This document shows, in pieces, positions 7,533 through 14,844 of a stretch of 14,844 nucleotides of DNA; the stretch's first letter is position 1, and each line of letters starts with the position of its first letter. A program made the position numbers and the translations under genes. This stretch comes from Candidatus Odinarchaeia archaeon (GTDB taxonomy: Archaea; Asgardarchaeota; Odinarchaeia; Odinarchaeales; Odinarchaeaceae), in NCBI GenBank assembly GCA_029856525.1, contig JAHQXC010000029.1:1-14844 (forward strand). The letters are read 5' to 3'. Under the pieces are notes generated by a model. The model made no database searches. It was given only the letters and a program-made list of their open reading frames with translations, and was not told where the DNA came from.

Positions 7533-8825
7533 TTATAGTTTATCAGCGCGCTCTGTGATTTGAAGGCTCTGAGTCACTTTCACTACGGATCTATCAGGCA
7601 CATTCTGGTAAAGAATAACCCCCGGGTGGGTTATCGAATAGCAGCCTATCCGCCTACCTGGGAGAATAGACACATTTGTTCCTATAATCGCGTGGTCTCC
7701 TATAACAGTCCCGAATTTTTGAAGAGGCACCTCTACGGTTTCATCTTGTACACTAAATTTTATAGGAGTTTTGTCAAAAGAAATGTTTACTGTTTGAGTT
7801 CCAGCGCCGATTTCAACGCTTTCACCGACGATACTATCCCCTATAAATGAGAGACGGCCTATCTGAGTTTTATCATAGATAATACTGTTTTTAACTTCGA
7901 CTCCGAATCCTATCGTGACGTTTTTACCGATAGTGGAGTAAGGTCGGATAAGCGAGTTAGTGCCTATAAAACTGTTTTTATCAATTAAAACAGGACCTGT
8001 TATAACAGCGCCTGGTTTAACAGTCACACCCTCCTCTATCCAGACGGGGTGAATAATAGTACAATTATTTGAGATACATGCTTTTTCAGATATATATGAG
8101 CCTTTACCTGCGAGCAGTTGTTTTAAATATAATTCGTTAGCTTTCAGAAGATCCCATGGATATCTAACCTTAACCCATTCTCTCTCCCATACAGAAGCGT
8201 AAACATGTCTTTTACTGTTTATAAGCTTCTGTATGGTGACATCTAAAGAATGGTTTTCAGCTAAACCTTGTAGAATACTGTTCTTAAAAATATAGATCCC
8301 TGAGACCGCGTAGCTGCTAGGCTCTTTACCGCGTTCAGGTTTCTCTATTATCCGTTTTATGCGGGCTTCTTCATCTAATGAGACTACACCGTAAAGATGA
8401 GGCTCCTTCACAAGTGTGACAGAGATAACTCCTTCTGGTTTAAGCCTCTTATAATTATTTATAGTTCTGTGAATCATTTCTTTGTCGACAAGGAAGTCGG
8501 CGTGTGATATTAAAAACTCTTTTTCATCTTTTAATAATGGTTCAGCGGCTAGTATCGCATCTTCAGAGCGGCCTGAATCCTCTTTCTGAAAAACATATTT
8601 AATGTTAACCCCGAAGTCGTAACCGTTCTCAAAATAATTCATTATATACTCGTTTTTATATGAGACCACTATTATGATATCTTTTAAACCGCAGTCTCGT
8701 AGATTCTCGATTACAAGTTGAAGTAAAGGTTTATTACCGACGTAGAGCATTGGTTTAGGTCTTGTAGATGTTAACGGTTGAAGACGTTCACCTTTACCCG
8801 CTGCTAGAATAACAGTTTTCATCAA
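7533..8825 (-). CDS. glmU: Bifunctional sugar-1-phosphate nucleotidylyltransferase/acetyltransferase (archaeal GlmU-like)
   Basis: ILAAGKGERLQPLT..RPKPML nucleotidyltransferase signature, YGVV..IIEKP, and a C-terminal hexapeptide-repeat left-handed beta-helix (IGRLSFIGDSIVG, IGAGT, IGDHAIIG). SD GGTGG upstream. Confidence 0.85.
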   Translation of the reverse strand: MMKTVILAAGKGERLQPLTSTRPKPMLYVGNKPLLQLVIENLRDCGLKDIIIVVSYKNEYIMNYFENGYDFGVNIKYVFQKEDSGRSEDAILAAEPLLKDEKEFLISHADFLVDKEMIHRTINNYKRLKPEGVISVTLVKEPHLYGVVSLDEEARIKRIIEKPERGKEPSSYAVSGIYIFKNSILQGLAENHSLDVTIQKLINSKRHVYASVWEREWVKVRYPWDLLKANELYLKQLLAGKGSYISEKACISNNCTIIHPVWIEEGVTVKPGAVITGPVLIDKNSFIGTNSLIRPYSTIGKNVTIGFGVEVKNSIIYDKTQIGRLSFIGDSIVGESVEIGAGTQTVNISFDKTPIKFSVQDETVEVPLQKFGTVIGDHAIIGTNVSILPGRRIGCYSITHPGVILYQNVPDRSVVKVTQSLQITERADKL

Positions 8826-8970
8826 TAAGCCACCGTTTTTTATAGATAATATTAGTATATTGATATTTATTAATTCAATTATTATTTGTCGAATATAAGA
8901 GGCGTGTTGAAAGATTAAGCTGCCAGAGTATTATATAAGTTCAAGAGAAAATGAATTTGAAAGGATGAGT

Positions 8971-10182
8971 TCACTCTACATGTGACCTGAATAAATCGAC
9001 GTCCGACCATAATTCCTTCTGTTCGAAGATGTGTATGAATTCTCTGACCGCTCTCTCCGGGTCTTTAGCTTGAGTGATGTAACGGCCGACTATAAGAATA
9101 TCAGCTTCGGTTTGTAAAGCTTCTAAAGCTGTTGAAGGCTGAATTCCACCAGCTACAGCGATAAGTATCTTCTGTTTTTTAGCTTGATAATATTCTCTTA
9201 TAGGTTTCAAAGCCTCCCATTTAGGAGGAGCTTTACCGTATTGCTCAGCATCCACGCTTCTATGCAATATTATAACGTCAGGTTTCTCCTTTAATTGTTT
9301 AACTCTTTCAAGAGGGTCAGCTACATTCATCATATCGATGAAAGCGTATATGCCCATTCTCTGAGCCTCGTATATGAATTTATCCAGGGTTTCGTTTGAA
9401 GCTAAACCTGAAGCCACTACAGCGTCAGCTGTTGCTTCGAAAGCCATATCGACTTCAACGTTACCTACATCTAAAGTCTTTAAATCTGCTATTATAAAAA
9501 CATCTTTAGCAACCTCTCTAAGCTCGCGGATAACATCGACACCGTAGCGTTTAATTAGCGGTGTGCCGGCTTCTAATATTATACGATCGCTTTTAGGAAT
9601 GGTTTTAATAAGATTTTTACAGGCTTCTATGGAGGGAATATCTAAAGCGATTTGAAGGTATGGTGGACGCCATAGTCTAGGAACATTAAATCCCATTATC
9701 GGATGCCTCGCTCTATCTTTATCGAATAATATTTTTTCAAGAGGCGGATACCTGGATAAAGCTCGTTTCAAAGCGAGTTTAGTAGCACTATAATTGAAAT
9801 GATAGATTTTACGATCATCCTTAGCCTCCGGGTGTATGAAAACAGATGCGATTATAACCCATTCTTCTAATTTATCTTGAGGGATAAGCCCTTCTTCAAC
9901 AGCGTCAGCGACTGCTTTAGCTACAGCGGCTTGAGCTGGACCGAAAATCTTATTCGCCTGCTCTAAGTTTTGAACAGTTACTTTAGGTACGATTAAAGTC
10001 ATAGGCTTCGGAGGGAGATTCGGCCTTATAACTGCTAATAATGGAGTATGGCCTTGAGAGAGCTGAGTTAAACCGTTCGCGAATGCAACACCCACAGGAC
10101 CGTTTTTATCCCCTACAAGAAGATCTATGTGAGCTACTTCAGCGTCTGTTCCAAGCAGAGCTTCACCTATAAAATAATCCAT
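8971..10182 (-). CDS. fae-hps: Bifunctional formaldehyde-activating enzyme / 3-hexulose-6-phosphate synthase (Fae-Hps)
   Basis: N-terminal Fae domain (IGEAL.G...EVAHIDL.VG.K.GPVG.AFA..L....GHTPLLAVIRPNL; FGPAQAAVAKAVAD). C-terminal Hps TIM barrel (LQIALD, EAGTPLIK, ADLKTLDVG, VAGGI, IVGRYIT). SD GAGGAG. Confidence 0.95.
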   Translation of the reverse strand: MDYFIGEALLGTDAEVAHIDLLVGDKNGPVGVAFANGLTQLSQGHTPLLAVIRPNLPPKPMTLIVPKVTVQNLEQANKIFGPAQAAVAKAVADAVEEGLIPQDKLEEWVIIASVFIHPEAKDDRKIYHFNYSATKLALKRALSRYPPLEKILFDKDRARHPIMGFNVPRLWRPPYLQIALDIPSIEACKNLIKTIPKSDRIILEAGTPLIKRYGVDVIRELREVAKDVFIIADLKTLDVGNVEVDMAFEATADAVVASGLASNETLDKFIYEAQRMGIYAFIDMMNVADPLERVKQLKEKPDVIILHRSVDAEQYGKAPPKWEALKPIREYYQAKKQKILIAVAGGIQPSTALEALQTEADILIVGRYITQAKDPERAVREFIHIFEQKELWSDVDLFRSHVE

Positions 10183-10222
10183 ATAAAACTCCTCGGTGAA
10201 AGATTATATTATAATATTGATT

Positions 10223-10256
10223 GATATAAAAATAATCTAAACACTTTTTATAAAAA
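10223..10256. promoter_or_regulatory. Back-to-back TATA-like elements of the divergent fae-hps / mch promoter region
   Basis: Minus-strand TTTTTATATC (10232-10223) upstream of fae-hps. Palindromic TTTTTATAAAAA (10245-10256) ~30-40 nt upstream of the mch TTG. Confidence 0.45.
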
Positions 10257-10286
10257 CTTTTGTGTTTTTTAAAGGATGGTGGTTTC

Positions 10287-11258
10287 TTGGATAGCATTAA
10301 TAGGAGAGCTGTTGAGCTTGTGGAGAGAGTACTATTAGAGAGGGAAAGCTTAAATGTAAGTATTCTGGATATAGCCGGTTCAACGGTAATCGACTGTGGG
10401 GTTAAAAGTAAAGGCTCCTTGAAAGCAGGGTTACTGGTCAGCAAAATATGTATGGGCGGGTTAGCTGAAATCGAAGCGTTCAATAATAATTTATTCGAAA
10501 AACAGCTCTTCGTAAAGGTGTCGAGTAGGAATCCGGTTTTAGCATGTCTAGGGTCACAGTACGCTGGGTGGAGAATAAAATTGAATGATTTCTATGCGTT
10601 AGCTTCAGGTCCTGCGAGAGCGCTCAGCATGGTTGAAAAAGATCTTTATAATATAATCGATTACGAGGATAACTATGATAAAGCGGTGATTTTCCTAGAA
10701 ACCGGTAAACTTCCACCGCCTAATGTAGTAGAATATATAAGAGATGCTTGTAGAGTTGATGAAAAAAACTTGTATATTATAGTAGCTAGAACTGCCAGTT
10801 TAGTTGGCTCAGTTCAGATAGCCTCTAGGGTTTTAGAAACCGCCCTGCATAGATTACTACGCTTAGACTTCCCCTTGAGTAAAATCATAGAAGGGGAGGG
10901 GGTATGCCCTATTCCACCGGTCGCTGATTCAGATCGGATTGCTATGGGGATTACCAACGATGCGATTATATTTATGGGAGAAGTCCGCCTTATAGTTGGA
11001 GGGGTGGGGGATAAATTTATTGAGGGCATAGTTGAAAAAACAGTTTCATCCAGTTCACGAGTATATGGTAAGCCTTTTATAGAAATACTAGAGGAGGCTG
11101 GCTATGACTTTTATAAGATTAATCCTGATCTTTTCTCACCGGCTAAAATACGCATAGTTAACCGTGATACTGGAAGAGTATTCGAAGCTGGGAGTGTGAA
11201 CTGGGCTGCATATGAAAAATCTTTATCTAAATACGTTTTTTCAAACTTCACCGGTTGA
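10287..11258 (+). CDS. mch: Methenyltetrahydromethanopterin cyclohydrolase
   Basis: SIN..A, IDCGV...GSLKAG....ICMGGL, ACLGSQYAGW, SGPARAL, TASLVGSVQIASRV.ETALH, TNDAI, GKPF..I, DFYKINPDLFSPA. Start moved from the track's 10260 to the in-frame TTG 10287, which follows the SD GGTGG. Confidence 0.95.
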   Translation: MDSINRRAVELVERVLLERESLNVSILDIAGSTVIDCGVKSKGSLKAGLLVSKICMGGLAEIEAFNNNLFEKQLFVKVSSRNPVLACLGSQYAGWRIKLNDFYALASGPARALSMVEKDLYNIIDYEDNYDKAVIFLETGKLPPPNVVEYIRDACRVDEKNLYIIVARTASLVGSVQIASRVLETALHRLLRLDFPLSKIIEGEGVCPIPPVADSDRIAMGITNDAIIFMGEVRLIVGGVGDKFIEGIVEKTVSSSSRVYGKPFIEILEEAGYDFYKINPDLFSPAKIRIVNRDTGRVFEAGSVNWAAYEKSLSKYVFSNFTG

Positions 11259-11501
11259 ACTCTATAAGATCCCGTTTTTAACACTAAAACTTTTTCCGTT
11301 ATTCTCAAGTTTTAAATTCGAGACGCCTTATACGCGAATACATCGCTATATGCATATAAACGTGGAATATAGGAAGATTTATCAAAAGCGGAAACGTATT
11401 TTTATATTAAAATATTTAATCTATTAGAAAAGTTTAAACTAATATATCACGGTCACTGGGTTAACATAAATATTCAACTAAACTGTTAAGGAAGCTGATC
11501 T

Positions 11502-12092
11502 ATGCCTGTTGAAGAGGATTTAAACGCTTATAAAGAAGCGCTTAGAGTATTCAACCAGTTTCTAAACGCGGTTAGAAGAGTTGTCTTCGATAAATATCCG
11601 GATCTGCTTTCAGGAAGAGATTTGAAAGATAAAATCAGAGACATAGATAACGTTCAGAAGAAAATAGATGAGCTTATGATACAGTTTAAAAAATTATTCA
11701 CTGAAAAACTTCTACTTTTAACCGCTGCGCGCTCTCTTCTCTGGCATGTTAACACTACTATAACTGACTCTGAGAGTGTGAAGGAGTTGAAAGAGAGGCT
11801 TAGAATTTTCATAATGCCTGAGCTTGAACGATTCCTCAACTCTTTTAAACGGGAGAGCGATCTTTTACAGCAGCGTATAAAACCGCTGTTTAAAGTCTAT
11901 GAGGATATTAGAAAGGTTCTTGAAAACGTGGATGTGAGAAACAAGGAGTTTGAGAATATAATTCAACCAGACGAGAAGGGGATGACTCTACTAGACGATA
12001 TGCTACAACTTATTTTAGAGGATAAATTAGATGAATTCGATCGAAAATACGGTGAGATGATAAGAGACTTAGAGGAGAGCACGCGCTCCTAG
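11502..12092 (+). CDS. Hypothetical all-alpha/coiled-coil protein (196 aa)
   Basis: Charged (E/K/D/R/L-rich) sequence with long amphipathic helices and no recognisable motif. It has its own AT-rich upstream region (GAAAAGTTTAAA, 11427-11438). Confidence 0.7.
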   Translation: MPVEEDLNAYKEALRVFNQFLNAVRRVVFDKYPDLLSGRDLKDKIRDIDNVQKKIDELMIQFKKLFTEKLLLLTAARSLLWHVNTTITDSESVKELKERLRIFIMPELERFLNSFKRESDLLQQRIKPLFKVYEDIRKVLENVDVRNKEFENIIQPDEKGMTLLDDMLQLILEDKLDEFDRKYGEMIRDLEESTRS

Positions 12093-12107
12093 AATATATT
12101 TTACAGG

Positions 12108-13454
12108 TTATCTCTTCATTAATAATTTGAATCTGTGAGTTAATTTCAACGGGATTTTTATAATCTCCCAGCTTGGGGTTAAACTATTATTAAAATAGAT
12201 TGCGGTTAAAATCTGCTCATCTCTCAGTTTTTTCATGTCAGCGAAGCTTTGAAGTATTTGAGCCATTTCACTTAACGGATGATCGGCTATTAAAATAGGG
12301 AGGAAATCAGAGGAGAGATCGAAGTACACGCTGCTTCGTGTAGAAAAATATTTCAGTATAAGCTGCATATTCTTAGCGTTAACAGGATTCTTAGTAGATA
12401 AGCTGACTGTTAAAATAAATTTTTTATCTTCACGGATAAGCTTCTCTTGAAAGAATTTTATGAAGAAATCTGTTTTAGCAAAATAAGATATGTTGTCGAA
12501 AAACATATAGTCTAATGTAATTTTATTAGATTCAATCACATCTATTATATTATAGAGTAGCACCGGATAGAATAAATCATATATTGTGTTAACTGTTGAA
12601 TTCACTAATATTATAATGGTTTTCTCTTGGAGAAGAGTTTTAAGATATTGAGAGGCCCCTGCTTCAAAAAAGTTGACCAGTTTACTAGTAGAATACCCTT
12701 CAGCTACTTCTTTAGCCCATTCATCTAAGAATTTCCTAGTACGCTCATCATGCCTCTGCTTGAATAAACTATATAAACCGCTGATATACTTTAATCCTTT
12801 TAAAAGCAGTAGAGTAGGGCTGCTAGAGATTATAAAACTTCCTACTCCTGCAGCTATACCTGTAGCCTCGTCAGCTTTCACATGCGGTTTCTCTTTCTCA
12901 ATTTTTAAAGCTAAATCCTCTATAAATGAAGGTGGGCTTAGATTTTTCACTAGAATATTGCTTAACTCATCTAAACAAGCTAAACTCTTATTATAACATA
13001 ATTTTTTTAAATCAAAATCTGTTTTTTTAACAGATATCTCGCTGATAATCCCAGTTAAATAACCCGGGTTTAAGCTAAGCCAGTCTAAATCTATTTTGAT
13101 ATTTTTGTAACCCTGGTTTTCAACCAAGCTCCCGGAGATTTCACCGAAGAAGATAATAGAGTAGTCTACGCGTTCTTCTGTGAATATTTTTTTAAGATGA
13201 TTTAGCAACTCCCAGAGTACTCCGCCCCCGCTGCTTAAATTTAAAAATACCAGGGTTTTCCGGCCTTTAACCGCCTCCGCCGCTGCGATATAAGAGATTA
13301 TTTGACTACAAGTTACTTGAATACTCTCAGACTCATATACTATGCTATTATCATATGTTATCAGAGCTGTATCACTGCTTAGACTTCTATCTAAAAGTGT
13401 TTTCGCAACGTCTCTCGCAACAGTTAGAGACTTATAAGATTTCTCCACGTTCAA
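12108..13454 (-). CDS. Hypothetical 448-aa protein; possibly a degenerate HerA/VirD4(TraG)-like P-loop fold
   Basis: Long ORF with a TTG start after SD GGTG. The alpha/beta pattern has degenerate equivalents of Walker A (TLVFLNLSSGGGVL) and Walker B (YMFFDNISYF), followed by REDKKFILTVSLS. The fold call is inference; the ORF itself is well supported. Confidence 0.6.
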   Translation of the reverse strand: MNVEKSYKSLTVARDVAKTLLDRSLSSDTALITYDNSIVYESESIQVTCSQIISYIAAAEAVKGRKTLVFLNLSSGGGVLWELLNHLKKIFTEERVDYSIIFFGEISGSLVENQGYKNIKIDLDWLSLNPGYLTGIISEISVKKTDFDLKKLCYNKSLACLDELSNILVKNLSPPSFIEDLALKIEKEKPHVKADEATGIAAGVGSFIISSSPTLLLLKGLKYISGLYSLFKQRHDERTRKFLDEWAKEVAEGYSTSKLVNFFEAGASQYLKTLLQEKTIIILVNSTVNTIYDLFYPVLLYNIIDVIESNKITLDYMFFDNISYFAKTDFFIKFFQEKLIREDKKFILTVSLSTKNPVNAKNMQLILKYFSTRSSVYFDLSSDFLPILIADHPLSEMAQILQSFADMKKLRDEQILTAIYFNNSLTPSWEIIKIPLKLTHRFKLLMKR

Positions 13455-13485
13455 ATTAACACCTTTAAAATTTAAATAACGTTTT

Positions 13486-14418
13486 TTAAAGCTTGCATTT
13501 ATCAGATAGGCTTCTAATATACTCGTAAGCGGAGTTATATGCTACCGTCCCCTTTCCAACAGCCACTGAAATCTGTTCTACTCCTCCTGTAACATCTCCG
13601 GCTGCGAAAACTCCTGGAATATTAGTCTTCATATCTTTATCAACTATAATATAGCCTGCTTCATCAACGTTCACACCTGCACATGAGAACAGAGAGCTAT
13701 TAGGAACTATACCGATCTCTATGAATAATCCGTCTGCTGGTAGCTCTGTTAAAGTATGATTCACCGTGTTTTCGACAACTACTGTTTTCAAAGTTTTATC
13801 CCCTTTAACCTCGCGGACAATACTATTCCAAACTATTTTAACACCGCAATCTAAAAGTCTGTTTTTAAGAATAGACTCGCATCTAAGATCGTCTCTTCGA
13901 TGAATAAGTGTAACGCTACGCGCAATATTCTTCAAATATAAGGCGGCGGATACCGCTGAGTTACCTCCACCCACCACTATCACGTTTTTATCCTTGTATA
14001 AGGCTCCGTCACATACAGCGCAGTAAGAAACACCTTTACCGTAAAATTCTGCTTCTCCTTTAGCCCCCAATCTTTTTCTCTCACCGCCTGTAGCGATAAT
14101 CACACTATCACAGGTATACTCATCTAAATCTGTTTTAACAGTTTTAACTTTATCTTGAAGATTAACTTCAACAACTTTCTCCATTTCACGGACTTCAACA
14201 CCTGATTTAACAACCTGTTTCTTCATTATTTGAGCCAGTTCAAGACCGGTTATACTCTCCCAGCCAGGGTAATTCTCTATTACAGGAGCGGTAGCCATAG
14301 CTCCCCCTAAAGCCATCGCCTCTATTATGATTGTTGAAAGCCCGCTTCTCCCAGCGTAGATTGCAGCAGTCATACCGGCTGGTCCTCCTCCTATTATGCA
14401 AAGATTATAATGTGTCAT
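13486..14418 (-). CDS. trxB: Thioredoxin reductase (low-molecular-weight, NADPH-type)
   Basis: FAD-binding IIGGGPAGMTAAIY, IENYPG, IIATG, GVSYCAVCDG (CxxC), VVGGGNSA, HRRDDLR (NADPH specificity), TNIPGVFAAGD. Confidence 0.95.
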   Translation of the reverse strand: MTHYNLCIIGGGPAGMTAAIYAGRSGLSTIIIEAMALGGAMATAPVIENYPGWESITGLELAQIMKKQVVKSGVEVREMEKVVEVNLQDKVKTVKTDLDEYTCDSVIIATGGERKRLGAKGEAEFYGKGVSYCAVCDGALYKDKNVIVVGGGNSAVSAALYLKNIARSVTLIHRRDDLRCESILKNRLLDCGVKIVWNSIVREVKGDKTLKTVVVENTVNHTLTELPADGLFIEIGIVPNSSLFSCAGVNVDEAGYIIVDKDMKTNIPGVFAAGDVTGGVEQISVAVGKGTVAYNSAYEYIRSLSDKCKL

Positions 14419-14436
14419 TCACCCACCTCCAGTATT

Positions 14437-14787
14437 TCAGTTTAAATCGAATACTTTCCGCATAAGGTCCTCTAAAAATAACTTAGCTTCTTTTAAAGCA
14501 GTTAAGCCTTTCTCTGTTATATAATAGTATTTTCTATCAGCGCGGTTTAAGTGGTCTTTCTCCACACGCTCTTCTACAAGATTATCTCTCTTCAACTTGT
14601 AGAGGATAACATACCCTGACACCATAGCTGGGGAGAAATTAAATTTCTTCTTAATCTCCTCTCGAATTTCATAACCGTATCTCGGTTTCTCCTCTAAAAG
14701 TCTGAGAATATATAACCAGAGGTTTTCTTTAGTTAATTTATTTTTAAGTCTTTGAACAGCTTTAATAGTTGTTTCATCACCCGACAA
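14437..14787 (-). CDS. PadR-family winged-helix transcriptional regulator
   Basis: LWLYILRLLEEKPRYGYEI, YVILYKL...LV, RKYYYITEKG. TTG start after SD GGGGTG. Confidence 0.9.
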   Translation of the reverse strand: MSGDETTIKAVQRLKNKLTKENLWLYILRLLEEKPRYGYEIREEIKKKFNFSPAMVSGYVILYKLKRDNLVEERVEKDHLNRADRKYYYITEKGLTALKEAKLFLEDLMRKVFDLN

Positions 14788-14809
14788 ATTAACACCCCGA
14801 TTATTGAGA

Positions 14810-14844
14810 GTGAACTACCCCTCCTTATCGGATGGGGTTTCCTG
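14810..14844 (-). mobile_element. Putative right end of an IS200/IS605-family (TnpB-type) element, continuing beyond the window
   Basis: The minus strand reads CAGGAAACCCCATCCGATAAGGAGGGGTAGTTCAC|. A GC-rich subterminal hairpin (14817-14838) followed by TAGTTCAC matches the pattern of archaeal tnpB right ends / reRNA 3' scaffold (CAGGAAGCCCC...GGGGTAGTTCAC). No transposase or tnpB is visible in the window. Confidence 0.65.

Noticed and set aside
3251-7850. Short plus-strand ORFs from the track (3251-3502, 4238-4486, 5224-5409, 5297-5557, 6142-6360, 6686-6940, 7560-7850)
   Set aside because: They lie antisense to well-supported genes (thiI, hypB, PLBD-like, glmU) and have no recognisable motifs; treated as shadow ORFs.
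8961-8978. GGATGAGTTCACTCT at the fae-hps stop shares 10 nt (AGTTCACTCT) with the putative IS end junction
   Set aside because: There is no GC-rich subterminal hairpin upstream, the match overlaps the fae-hps stop and last codons, and it was found post hoc, so it is probably coincidental.
6061-11258. Selenocysteine read-through at the TGA stops of the PLBD-like gene, fae-hps or mch
   Set aside because: All three proteins already appear full-length for their families, and I saw no SECIS-like hairpin or meaningful extension.
11347-11358. 12-bp palindrome TATATGCATATA (also ATTTTATAAAAT at 2595-2606)
   Set aside because: Such palindromes are expected in AT-rich spacers, and no second matching copy suggests a regulon.
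10163-12996. ORFs 10163-10483(-), 10814-11029(-), 11111-11308(-), 11212-11427(+), 11654-11839(-), 12673-12996(+)
   Set aside because: They overlap mch, the 196-aa gene or ORF448 in other frames or strands, have low-complexity Ser/Ile/Phe-rich composition and lack homology cues.

Overview
AT-rich, gene-dense archaeal chromosomal window. Evidence for this: fae-hps, mch, an archaeal-type ThiI and GlmU, GGTG/GGAG Shine-Dalgarno motifs and TATA-like boxes. An Asgard-type host is plausible but not proven from this sequence. Most genes are housekeeping or metabolic: dUTPase, thiI, a Cys-rich HTH regulator, hypB, glmU, fae-hps/mch, trxB and padR. The most notable feature is missing from the supplied ORF track because it runs off the left edge: a minus-strand ORF of at least 838 codons (2516 to <1), translated by hand. 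It joins three N-terminal transmembrane helices, two complete Cdc48/VAT-like AAA+ modules and the start of a Lon (S16) protease domain. This suggests a single-chain, membrane-anchored extract-unfold-degrade machine that differs from FtsH, LonB and Cdc48. Other points of interest: a phospholipase-B-like (PLBD) Ntn hydrolase with no signal peptide, a probable catalytically dead HerA/VirD4-like protein convergent with an all-helical orphan, and a likely IS200/IS605 (TnpB-type) right end at the right edge, 22 nt upstream of padR.
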